Below are positions 37,070-49,269 of a stretch of 64,000 bases of DNA, piece by piece. The position numbers were made by a program, and so were the translations under genes. The stretch comes from Antechinus flavipes (lineage: Eukaryota), in assembly GCF_016432865.1 (NCBI RefSeq), contig NC_067399.1, positions 114,328,001 through 114,392,000 on the forward strand, given 5' to 3'. Every line of letters begins with the position of its first letter. The stretch's first letter is position 1. A model generated the notes under the pieces. It saw only the letters and a program-made list of their open reading frames with translations, was not told the origin of the DNA and did not search any database.

Positions 37070-40000
37070 TTTAAATGAAATCCTATCAGACCAAAGCATT
37101 TCACCAAGGAATCGTTCATTTTAACCAACTTGGATTTATACCAAGAACACAAGGATGTTTTACTTCATGGAAAGTCAGGCATAATTAATCACATATAAAC
37201 AAAAAACATTCAAAACTATTTGACTACCTCAGTAAGTCTTAAGGAAAAAGGCTTTGAACAAATGCAGTGTTCATTTATCCTCAAAAATCTACAAAATATA
37301 GGCATAAAGTGACCTTTTAAAAATATCATTAAAAATATCTGAAACCAAAATCAAGGGTCATGTAAAATAGGTATAACTAGAACCTTTTATGATAAATGTG
37401 GCAGTAAAGCAGGGATGTCCACTCTTGTTTGATACAGTTCCAAAAATTTTAGCAATAGCAAATAGAAGGGAATTAAAGGCATTATTGTTCAGTGTTTTTC
37501 AGTTGTTTTTCAGTGTTGTCTGATTTTTCATGTCCCTATTTGGGGTTTTCTTGGCAAAAATACTCGAATGGTTTGCCATTTTCTTCTCCAGCTTATTTTA
37601 CAGGTTGAGGAAATTGGAGCAAACAGGATTAAGTGACTTGCCTAGAGTCACACAGTTAATAAGTATCTGAAGCTAGATTTGAACTCTGGGAGATGAGTTT
37701 TCCTGACTCCAGGCCTGGTACTTTATCTACTTTACCACGTGGCAGCTTTTAAGGGCATAAAGATAGTTTAAAAGGAGATAAAACTATCCATATTTGATAT
37801 GATAGCTTACTTTAAAAATCTTCGGGAATTAAAGAAAACACTCATTGAAATAATAGCTTTAACAGAGTTGTTAAATCAACTGCATTTTAATATAATAATA
37901 GCAAAATAAAAAAGGCAATAATAGGGAAATCTCAATCCAAATACTACAAAATACATAAGATATCTTTAAATCAGCCTATAAGAGCACTCAAAATACTTCG
38001 TGAGACTATTCAGCGCTAACAGCTGACCTGTGTCAATATAATAAAAATGATAATCTAGATTATTGTTTTAAGGTCAATTAAATTATCAAAGGGGTCCTCT
38101 ACTTAAGTTTTTTTTTCCACTTTTGGCTCTTAGTTGTCTGAGAAATTTTTATATAATCCCATGTATGAAGTATATAAAATAGGTATTCAAATCAAACATG
38201 CACTGATAATAAATGAAAATTCTGTGACTTCCATATTGAGTTATGAGAATCCATATGGGGTTTAGAAGTTTAAGAAGCTGGGCTCTACAGAACTTGATAA
38301 AATAATTAGAAAATCCATTTGGAAAAATAAAAGATCTAGATTATCAAAAGGAAAAATGAAAAGAGGTGGGAACAAAGGGGAATGATACTTTTGGAACTCA
38401 AACTGATGAAATAAAGTTGTTAAACATATGCTGTTGGTTAAAAAATAGATTGATGAATGGAACAAACTAGATAAGGGGAATTCAAAAATGTTGAAACTTA
38501 ATAACCTAGTGTTTGATAAATGAGAAAAAGTAAATTACTATTTGATAAAAACTGCTGGGAAAATAGAAAACAGTCTGGCAGAAATTAGACTGCCACCTAA
38601 TACCATATTCCACAATACCTTCTAAATGGATACATGAACTTAGTATTAAAGATTATATTACAAAAATAAAAATAAAAACTGAAATAGAAAGAGATAATAC
38701 ACTTTTCACAATTATGGGTAAGAGATATATTCTTAACCAAATAAGAGATAAGAAATAATTAATTAAAAAATAAAATAGACAAATTTGATTACATGAGACT
38801 GAAAAGCTACTGCACAAATAAAATTAATCTACTTAGGATAACAAATGAAATATGTACAGTAGGGAGAAAATCTTTATAAACAATTGATAAATATATAAAA
38901 CCAAAAATCTCCCCGTAGATAGATGGTGAGGGGAGATGAAGAGGCAATTCTTAGAAGAAAAATTGCCAACTGTTAACAGCCATTTGAAAGAAATATAAAT
39001 CTAAATAACCCAAAGATTTCATCTTAGTTTGCAAATTGGCAAAAATCACAAAATATAGGACTAATCAATGTTAGAGGAATTGTGGGAATTATATTGTTGA
39101 TGATGCTGTGAATCAGTACAACCAATTTTTCAAATTCAAGCTTTTTATTTTCAAAACATGTATAGATAATTTTCAACATTTCATCCTTGTAAAACCTTGT
39201 GTTCCAAATTTTTCCCTTCCCCCATAGATGGCAAGTGATTCAGTATATGTTAAATATGTGCAATTCTTCTATACAGATTTCCACAATTGTCATGCTACAC
39301 AAGAAAAATCAGATCAAAAAGGAGAAAGAAAACAAAATGCAAGCAAACACAACAAAAGTGAAAACACTATGTTGTGATCCACATTCCTCTCTCTGGGTGC
39401 AAATGGCTGTCTTCATCACAAGACCATTGGAACCAGCCTGAATCACTTTGCTCTTGAAAAGAGCTACATCCATTAGAATTGATCATTGTATAATCTTGCT
39501 ATTGCTGTATACAATGTTCTAGCTCTACTCACTTAGCATAAAGTTCATATAAGTCTTTGCAGGTCTCTCTGAAATCTTCCTGCTGATCGTTTCTTATAGA
39601 ACAATAATAGTCTATAACATTCCTATACCTTTACTTATTTAGCCATTCTCCAACTGATGGGCATCCACTCATTTTCCAGTTCCTTGCCATTACAAAAAGA
39701 GCTACTACAAACATTTTTGCACATGTAGATCCTTTTCCCTTTTTTATGCTCTTTGGGATACAGGCCCAGTAGAGACACTGCTAGATCAAAGGGTATGCAC
39801 AGTTTGATAGCCCTTTGGACATATTTCCAAATTTCTCTTGAGTGGTCAGATCAATTCACTACTTCACCAGCAACCTATTAGTTTTTCCTCATTCCCTCCA
39901 AAAGTAATCATCTTTTCCTGTCATCTTAGCCAATCAGAGATCTGTAGTGGTACAACCATTTTGAAAGCAATTTAGAGTTCTACATATAGAGAAACTAAAA

Positions 40001-40600
40001 TGTATAATAATAATACCTTTGATTAAAAAAAATTTCTGTTAACTATATTTATACCCCAATGTATAGGAGGCCATGTATAGGAAGAAAGTCCCAATAAACA
40101 TCAAAATATAGCAACATTTTTTTGTGTTGGGAAAAAACTGGGGAATGGCTAAATAAATTGTGGTACATGAATATAACACAGTATTATTCTGCTGTAAGAA
40201 ATGAAGAATGGGATAAATACAGAAAATATGGGAAGATCTATATGAATTGATGAAGATGAAGTAAGCAGAGAGAGGAAATTACTAATGAGTACTACATAAA
40301 AAGTGAAAGAATAGTTACAAAACTGAATATTGCAAAATTATGAAGAAAAACCATGACTTGAAAGAAAAGATATGAGAAGATAACACCATTCTACTTCGCA
40401 GAGGCAAAAGGTTCACAAATATACATTGCATATATTTTCAAGTTTTTTTTTGATAATATTAAAAAGATGTGCTGATTCCCCCTTTGGGTTCATAAAGAAT
40501 ATTTGTAATATAGGATGGTTCTTTGAAAGAGGGAGAGGTACTGATGGAAATAATGATGATTGACCAAAAAAAAGATAACAGGAAAATTATTTTCAAAAGA
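37070..40600 (+). mobile_element. Old LINE-1 ORF2 / 3' UTR remnant with nested MAR1 (-, ~37490-37745) and L1 (-, ~39125-39949)
   Basis: Remnants of KAF(D/E)..Q and QGCPL RT motifs; nested L1 flanked by GTACAACCA at 39116-39124 and 39950-39958. Confidence 0.65.
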
Positions 40601-41300
40601 ATAAAGTAGATTATAATTTTGAATGTGTATTATGGCTAGGGGTTATTTTATATAATCTTAATGAGGGAACTAATTTTTTGTTTTTAAAATACTTCCTTAC
40701 ATTTTGTGATAGTCATTTAAACATTTCTGTATCAGCAGACTTATTTTTTAAAACAGTTGTGAGATTTTGGTTCAACTATAAGTTACATAAAAAAATATGT
40801 TGCATATTGCAAGAGATTTTCCTCTTATTACTAAGAAGTACAATAATTTTATATGTATAATATAGCTAATACATTTAGAATCCTTCTAAGAGTTTTTCTT
40901 CTGAGAAATAATTTTCAAATGGCATGATCCATTGTTAATAATAATATATCACACACAAGTACCAGACCACAAAACCCAAGATTCAGAATTTTTAAAATCC
41001 TTGGAGGGGCATTTAGTCCATGCCCCTCATTTTGACAGATGAAGAAATTTATTTGGAGAGAATAGATTTTTTTACCTAAAACAATGAAAATAACCTGTAG
41101 CAGGATCAAAACTGGAACCCAAGTCCTCCGATTTCCAATCTAGCATTCTTCTCAGTGTAGCACAGCACACTGTCTTGTGCTTCTCCTGATGATAGAGTAA
41201 GTTAAGAAAGCAGGGCAGGAGTATCTTATGTAGAACAAGAAACAAGGAACTGCCTCTTTCCTCTTCACTTAGTGTTGTATAATTTGAAGGTCAGCTTTTT

Positions 41301-41303
<3 letters not shown>

Positions 41304-41351
<48 letters not shown>
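41304..41351. repeat. (AC)24 microsatellite
   Basis: Read directly. Confidence 0.95.
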
Positions 41352-41354
<3 letters not shown>

Positions 41355-41845
41355 TTGGGGGCAGATGGTTGAATATTGTAAACTCTTTGTGGTCAGAAAC
41401 TTGTCTTGCTTTTTTGCATTTTAGTCTCCAGTTCTGGCATATTAAAGGTGCTTCAAAGTGCTCATTTATGGTCGGATTAAGAATTTCTATGTACACATTC
41501 AGTTACACATTAATAACCTAAATTAATAATATCCTTTGGAGACAAGACCTTTTCTAAAACAGTTGGCTTGAGGTGGAAAAGATAATATAGGTTTGGTCTA
41601 ATTGCACTAATTAGCAGCAGTGACTAAAAAAGGGAAAATGACTGTCTTTCTCAAGAGCTAAGTCTGAATCTACCTGACAGGCAGGAAGTATTCCTATGGC
41701 TCACATAAAAAAGTAAGAGAGGTGCTACCAAGGCTGATATTGATTAGACTAGAAGTTCTGAGCTATTTTTCTTGGTCCCAAACCCCTTTTCTCAGAATCA
41801 TTTTTAAAGGTATAATGGAAAATATGTAGAATTACAAAGAAAACC

Positions 41846-42150
41846 AACTATAACTTCCACATTATGGAGTTTAGGGCACACAATACCTACATGCTCTAAA
41901 AACTCGATGTAAAATTTTTTGGCCCTCCCTTGCTACCAGAGAAAAAATCTGAATTACTATAATTCTGAAAGATTAAAATATGTTGGTATTATTAGTACCA
42001 CACATTTTATGCATTTCTGAGTTTTTAAACTTTCTCTGGGTCATCTGTGGCTTCCACAAAACTCTGAAAAAATGCCCACTTAATGTCTTATGCCAACTTG
42101 CAATATATCAAAACCAATGGAAAAAGTTGTGATATAGAAGGGATAACAGT
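41846..42150. mobile_element. Possible Tc1/mariner-Tigger-type MITE
   Basis: Right end ...gttgtgatatagaagggataacagt resembles a Tigger-like TIR; left end is degenerate. Confidence 0.35.
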
Positions 42151-42399
42151 TTGTTGAAATATAGCTGGCAAAATGTTTTTTTGTTTTTAAATTCATGGAC
42201 CTGAGATGAAGACCATCTTTATTAAATTCTTGAGTGTCTTCTGGATAAGGAGCTTTATCTAGCTAAATTTAACACTTTAATGCTTGTCACCATTATCACT
42301 AGTTTGAGTAAAACTGAAATAATTTCCTTTCTTTGCACGATTGTGGTGATGAATTATATATTCATATTCATAAGCGCTTTATAAACCAGAAAAACCTGT

Positions 42400-43740
42400 T
42401 CAGTGCTAAATTGACTCCTAAGGACTTCTAAGTCCTGTAGAAGTTCTGAACAGATCTGTGAGTAGACAAGACAAAATGTTTCATGAATGAAATGAATCTT
42501 GAACTAGATTTGAAGGATGACTACCATCTAACTAGATAAAGAGAAGAAAGAGGGAAAGAACCAGGTAAAAGGGTGAGATGATTGAAGCCATAATTTCATA
42601 GGGATGAGTATGACACTTTATCAGAGTAAAAGGCTTATTCTAAAGAGAAGTAAATGTGGATTATAGTGTGGAGGATGTGAAAACGACATAGAGAAATTTA
42701 GACTTGATATTGCAAGAAATTGGAAGTTACTGAAAACTGATCAGTGTTCTGCCATGATGAAAATGATGCTAAAAAGTTTTACTGCTATTGATTGGCAGGA
42801 TAAATTATAGAGGGGAACGATCAATGATATCACCTAGAAGGTTCCTTAAGGTGACTTAATTAAGTCAGTGACCTGATGATTAGAGTCAAAGGTAGGAAGG
42901 GACAGATTGTTTGAAGAAAAAAAATGAAATAACTTTAATAAAGACTGAATGGTAGAGACAGAATGAAATGAGTCAGAGTCGCTTTGTGACTGTGAGCCTG
43001 GTTAAATGATAAAATGATGTTACTGGTAGAAACAAGGATGCATTAAAAGGAAGCTAGTTTGGGGAAGGTGAGAAGTTTTACTCCATATCTATTGAATTTG
43101 ATATGACCTGAAGAAGTCTGATGGAGTTGTCTAATTGAAAATAAATAACTAGGTCTTAGTTGAGGATAGAACTAGAATATCAATTTGAATGGCATTTTCA
43201 TGAAGACGGTAGTTAAAATCAGGAAGAATACAAGGAAGACACTTAATGAGGATGGAGAGGTAGGAGGGGTAGGAAAAGATCCTATAATTGGGTCAGTGGT
43301 GATTTTTCAGAAAAGTGTGAATACATTGGAAACAAAGCCAGACTGAAAGTAAATGTGGAGATTTGGAGATGAAGGAGATTAGAGACAACTTATATGAACA
43401 GTAGCATCTAAAGGAAAGAAATAGAATTATAGTTAGATCTCTTTTTCCTTCCTACCTCCAGGATAGATAATGAAGATGTATTGTTTAAAGACAGGAAGAG
43501 GAGCCAAACACGCTTAGAAAGTTTGAAGAGGATAATGATTGGAGCAAGATCCTGCAGGAACCAAAAATATTGTATTCTTGAACATAGTTAATGGTTTAGT
43601 TTTAAGAGAAAGGAGTCTCTTCCTTGGAGCCTAGAAGAAAGAATTAGAGGATTGATATAGAGAAAAGTATGTGGTAATGGAGAAGGCAATATCTTCTTAA
43701 TACCTACTTAATGATTTTAATTGGCTTAGTGAAAAAGGTC
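42400..43740 (-). mobile_element. LINE-2 remnants (antisense, purine-rich)
   Basis: Decayed GA-rich L2-like sequence. Confidence 0.4.
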
Positions 43741-45835
43741 TTCATGGAAGGAGAAAGATAAGGAATTGAGGTATATTCCCATGGTGACTTAACCAGGGTC
43801 AAGTGCTCATAGTTTTCTCCCCATGTTGACAATAGATGACATGGGACAGAGGGGAAACAAAAATAGGGGACTTTCCATTTGAATCACTTCCTTAAGCTGG
43901 GTTTGGTTACCATAAAAAGTGAAAACAAGAGGGGAGGTCTTCTAGTTACCTTCCTGTGATTAAACAAGTGAATTTTGCAATCCACAGTTCACAGCTCTGA
44001 AGCCTAATATACAGAATTTATAATCATCACCCCTATGGAATCATATCATACTGATTAATATTGTTTGGAATAAAATAGGGGTCTAATTAATAATCACACA
44101 TTTATATATCACCTTACATAATTTTCATTTGATTCTCTCAACACTTAAGGTAGGTGCTGTTAATCATATTTTATAGATAAGATAAAGGCTAAATGAACTG
44201 GTGTTTAAATCCACATCTTCATGACTCTTTGTCCTTCACTTACAGAGTTGTCAGAGGAATACCTAATCATGTTATCTAAAATGGTATTAGTAACACTTAT
44301 TTTGCAAATAAAATAATAAGCATTGGTAAGAAATTTTTTTACACATGAAACGACTAGAATAATTCTCTGATCCTTTTTTTCTCCCCAGTTTTAAAAACTT
44401 GGATCACCTTAAAAGCATCTCCTAAATAAAGTAAGGAATTTTATAAGACTTAGGAACTACACTCACTTTCCCCCACCCCCCCACCCCTTCAGGTGCCTAG
44501 TTCTTACCTTTATTTATTTATTGGTAGTGTAGATTTAAAATGAAAATTTATGTTAGTTGGATTGTCTTAATATTCCCTGTTTCTTTGGAGACATACATGA
44601 TAGGATATGCTGAACTCCTTGGTTTTTTGTTTTTTTTTTTTAACTTTTATTCTAAAGCTTTTTGTGTAGCTTGAAGATAGAGCTGTTCTGACTATCCCAA
44701 ATTATTTTCTTGAGTTCAGGTTGACTGGCTTATTTTTGAATCACAAATTGCTTTATTTCTTTGTAGTAGAGGAAGGAGGAATTTGTAAAATATTAGTGTA
44801 TGGCATGAGGAATTTGAATCTACATCTGGTATTTTGTATTTGCCATGTTGTTTGTTTGGTTTGTTGTTTTAGATATCTCAAAAACCTGCTTAAAAATCAG
44901 CATTTAGCATTTTTTAAGTTTAAAGATTGAATTTTCTCTACTGTGAAGTATTGCTATTAAAAAGCCTATGTAGTTTTCATTAGCAAATTTTTTAGTTTTA
45001 AAAAAATAATTTTTTGTATTTCATATTATGTTTCTTATTTGGCATTAATACACAAGATTGAAACTTCATACACAATCAAGTACATTTCATAATTTTTTAA
45101 AATTTTATATTATTCTATAGTAATAGAAAGTATTAATATAATTGGGTTTTAGACATTTTAGAAGAAAGCTTTACGTGTAACTGAAGGAATATGCCAAGAA
45201 ATATGCATCATTTTGTCATTTAAGCTTTTGCTGAATTAAGCTACTTTTTTTTTTCTTCAATAAGAAAATTACATTAGGTTTTAAGAACAAGTAAAAGCAT
45301 TAGGTATGTCATAATTTTTAAAAATTCGTAGATGGTTGAAATAAAATTTAATTAATTTATTCCCACTTTCTTGAAAATTTAGATTCTTCCTCTTTCATTC
45401 CTAGTGTCAATTAGTGTCCCTGTACCAGAAGTATTAGGGAATGTCAATGACTTTTCTTTTTCTGTGGTTCATATAAGGCTTTAAGTCTGAGGTTATTAAA
45501 GGTATTGATATTTTAGTCATTGATTACTTTTTAGAACCATAGCCAAATTTTTTTATGATACATTATAAAATTTTTAATTATATAAATATGCACAATATTT
45601 TAACGAAATCCTTCCATTTTTATCATAGTAATTAAACCCTTCCACCCAAAATCCTAAAATTTAGAACTCTTTCCTGTCTATTGTAATGCAGCTTTTTAAA
45701 AATAGTTACTCCTTAAAAGAAAGCAAAAAAAAAAAAATCTCCACATAATTTTGCTTCACCTTTTAAAATTTTGAGAATATTAAAACATAATTAGAATAAA
45801 AAAATTACTTTTTTTTTCTTCCTCTTTTTGGGCAG

Positions 45836-45867
45836 GTATAAATTAATCTTCTAAAAGCAGCCGAACA
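45836..45867 (+). other. AFTPH: 5' UTR part of AFTPH exon 2 (32 nt), preceded by splice acceptor
   Basis: Long polypyrimidine tract (ttttttttttcttcctctttttgggCAG|G) ending at 45835, 32 nt upstream of the ATG. Confidence 0.85.
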
Positions 45868-47774
45868 ATGGAACCAGATATCATTCGAATGTACTCTTCA
45901 TCTCCACCACCATTAGACAATGGAGCTGATGATGATGATGAAGATGAATTTGGAGAATTTGGTGGGTTTTCTGAAGTGAGCCCATCTGGTATAGGATTTG
46001 TTGATTTTGATGCCCCAGAGTTTACTAATTCTAAGGAAGAATTTATACCTTCAAATCATTTTATGCCTATTCATGGTTTCTCAGAAAATGTAGATAACTT
46101 TACAAGCTTTAAGCCCATTAAAAATGGTAATGATAAAGACAGCATTGCTGAACTTCCTAGTCTCACGAAAGAACAATCTGATATTTTACCTTCTACCACC
46201 AGCAAAGAAATAATTCAGTCCAGAACTTCAGATGCTTTAATTGACAGTATAGGAAGTCCTGGAGATTTTAATGCAGTAGTAGGGCAGAAAGAGAATGTTG
46301 GAACATCTGAAAGTTTCTCTTCTGACAGCTTTAGAATTGATATGAAAGTAGTTAGTCATGACAAGCAAATAGATAGCTGTAATGGTGAGAAACCTACATG
46401 TATAGAGATTCTAACAAATGGGTTTGCAGCACTGGACACTGTAAATCCTCAGGGAAAGGAAGATTTAGACATTCTTGACTCAAAGAGAATAAAGAATCAC
46501 AGCACTGAACTTCATTTAGACTCTACATCTAGCCCTGCTGAGGAATTTGCAGATTTTGCCACATTTTCGAAAAAAGAAAAGATACAACTGGAAGAAACAA
46601 GATGTGAAGTTTTAAATGTCAGAGAAGCACTAACTATTCAGGAAAACAATAAAATAAACAGGATCCATGAAGAAAGTTCTGCAAAACAAGCTTCTCTGGA
46701 TAGAAGCCGTGAAAATGAAGAAAAGACTCTTGGTCAAGAGAATCAGGTTTGCATTTCAGAAATCAATGTAGTAAGTAATGAAAAATATGACCCTTCAACA
46801 CTGGAACAAATTGAATCAAATACAAGCGCACAATCAGCCCTGAATTCAGTACACACAACTGATAACACAGAAATAGTTAGTAGGAGAGAACAGTGTGAAA
46901 CTGATGAGAAACTTGATTTCTTAATGTTTAAACGTGCAGCCCTGTGTATGGACAGTATTAAAACTTCTGAAACCAATGACAACATTAGTTATCATCCCAA
47001 AGAAGAAACTGTTAAATTTACAAACATCCAAAGCACCAGCATAAATCTGACAGAAGAAAATGTTTTGGATAATTCTACAGATTTGAAAAATGGGGATAGT
47101 AGTAATGATTTTGTATCTTGTAGCGATACAAATGAAGATGACTTTGGTGACTTTGGCACAGTCAGCGGTGCAACTCCACCTTTTATTAGTGGTACTCAAG
47201 ATTCAATGAGTGACATAACTTTTGAAGAATCCTCAGAACAGTTTCTACATTTTAGTGAACCGGTGATGACTTTGGTGATTTTGGGGATACAGATGCTGCT
47301 ATTTGCCAAGAGGAAATAACATGTTCTCAGTTAGAACTGAAACAGACTTCTGATATTGTACCTGAAGGATATGAAGTAACAAGAAAGTCTTCTGTGTCAG
47401 GAATTGAATCTCTTTCAGAGCTAAAGAATGGTGGTTACAGTCAATTTGAGAATCTTGATTTGGGGCCAAAAATTCAAGATGAGTGCAGTGTTTTTCAAGA
47501 CCCTGATGATTTTGCCGATTTTAGTTCAGCTGGTCCTAATCAAGCTGCTGATTGGAATGCCTTTGAGGATGAACAGAAAGAAAGTTGCTCTTGGGCAGCA
47601 TTTGGAGATGAGCAGTCTGTGGCATCGCCACTTAAAAAAGAGGCCTGCCAGTCACATAGGACAGGTGAAAGTATTGTTAGTCCATTGACCCCAAAGACTC
47701 ACACGATCTCTCTGGCAACTTCACAAGGAGCAGCTGTTAGTGACCATTCACATGAATCAGCATCTTCAGTTCAG
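45868..47774 (+). CDS. AFTPH: Aftiphilin first coding exon (N-terminal ~636 aa), with an apparent 1-nt frameshift at ~47260-47262
   Basis: N-terminus MEPDIIRMYSSSPPPLDNGADDDDEDEFGEFGGFSEVSPSG matches aftiphilin as I recall it. Acidic FGEF/FGDF/FADF and WNAF/WAAF adaptor-binding motifs are present. ORF 45868..47319 covers the first part; the frame starting at 47262 (GDDFGDFGD...) runs on through ORF 47394..47813 to ...SASSVQ. Strong Kozak acaATGg. Phase-0 donor CAG|GTAATT at 47774/47775. Confidence 0.95.
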
Positions 47775-48865
47775 GTAATTTATTATATTTTCCCCTTTTT
47801 TTCTGTGATGTGAATTGCTTTGGAAACAGTTCAGATGTTCAAAAGATGTTTTTAATGGATATGTTAAAAATGTTATTTTGACAAATATCTCTTGATAGAT
47901 TTATAGATTCGTTATATTTTTCTAGATTTTTCATACTTTCTAGATTGAAAGTGGTGCTAGCTTATATCTAAAAATTTTCTCTTACATGACAAAATGAATT
48001 TCTATGATTACAGAAAATGTTGTTATATTTTAGTTTATAATGTTAGGTGATTGTTCCTTTACAAATGCATTTAAAACTTCCCAAAAGTGTAATATGAGAT
48101 AGCTCAGTTATTACACTGAAACCTCTAATTCTTAACTTTACCCCTTAAAAAAAAACAAAATAAAAACCACTAAGCATTTAAATTAGGTTTTTGAAGCTTG
48201 ATGAGATCCAGAAGTCCATAAATAATAATGTTTGTTTAAAGTTTCTTAGATGAAGCAGAATAGTAGTAGAGTATTTTTTCTTTTGTTCTTTCCTTTTCTT
48301 TCTCCTTCTTTTTAAAGGAAAGTTTTTCTTGAGGGATAAGGTGATGGAAGTAAAAACTACAAGATTTTGTTGAGCAAGTCATAGAAAAGTAGAACCATTA
48401 ATAGATTTTCTTCAAATTTTCTTGTAGTGCTTGGTCTGACTTTTTTTTTTTTTTTTTTTTTTGTCTTTACTACATATTATTCTGTGTGTGTTTGTGTGTA
48501 TGTTTGTATCTCTCTGTTTACTTACACACATCATCCCATACAGGTGTTCCCTAAGGACATTTATAGGCCTCAACCACTTATCCTCTGAGGCTAGAGAGTG
48601 CCTGCTCTGAAAGGTTTTCTGCCATCTCAGAGTTCAGTCTCTAGGCACCTAGGGGATCAGAGAACAAACTGTTCTGAAAAATATTTAAGCCACCTATGTC
48701 CCAAGCTGCTTGTACCTAAGATACTATGAGGGCCTTTGCTTCTAAGACTTATGAATAGGAGCTAAATGTCAGTGTAACATGAAATGGATGGAAACCCACC
48801 ATTTTTGAGACTATAGAAGTAAACAATCATTTTCAAGTGCTTACAGTGGAGCAGGCATTAGGGAT

Positions 48866-48896
<31 letters not shown>

Positions 48897-48907
48897 TACA
48901 CACACAC
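48866..48907. repeat. Interrupted (AC)n microsatellite
   Basis: Read directly. Confidence 0.9.
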
Positions 48908-49269
48908 AAACAAAAAGAAAGGCAGTCTCTGTCCTTGAGGAGCTTAAATTCTAAAAAAAACAGTCACAAAAGGCTGAGGAGTAGGGAGTAAAGAGCTGGG
49001 AATAAAAGAATTGACCAGTTTGGCTTTTCCTCAAATTTGAGGATTATATGGGAGAAAGCAGGTGCAAGGGGAATGAAGGTTGGACAGCTTTAGTTTAGTC
49101 CAGCCTCCAAGGACAAGATCACCAACTAATTTTCCTCAAGCATGAAGGTTTCAGAACTGGGAGACTCTGGCATTCTGGGAAACAATGAGTGCTCATTCTG
49201 ACTAACTTAGACATAGCAGGACACTAAATAGTGCCTGCACCCTATCACCTGATCATTCATCTTTCTAAA

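Larger units (their letters stand above)
16694..45846 (+). other. Spliced uORF MPIAAALEEPGIN* (16694-16724 joined to 45836-45846)
   Basis: gccATGc at 16694; 31 nt in exon 1 plus GT ATA AAT TAA in exon 2. Translation not demonstrated. Confidence 0.55.

Noticed and set aside
45853-45860. NAGNAG alternative acceptors that would skip the uORF stop and fuse it to AFTPH
   Set aside because: Both AGs (45857, 45860) put the exon-1 frame out of register with the main ATG, and they lack an adjacent pyrimidine tract.
47240-47300. Programmed -1 ribosomal frameshift as an explanation for the AFTPH break
   Set aside because: No canonical X XXY YYZ slippery heptamer at the site, and orthologues as I recall them read through in one frame.
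45868-47813. Two separate genes, or a processed/decayed pseudogene
   Set aside because: The two ORFs are consecutive parts of one aftiphilin exon. Splice sites, promoter and the rest of the frame are intact, with one lesion only.
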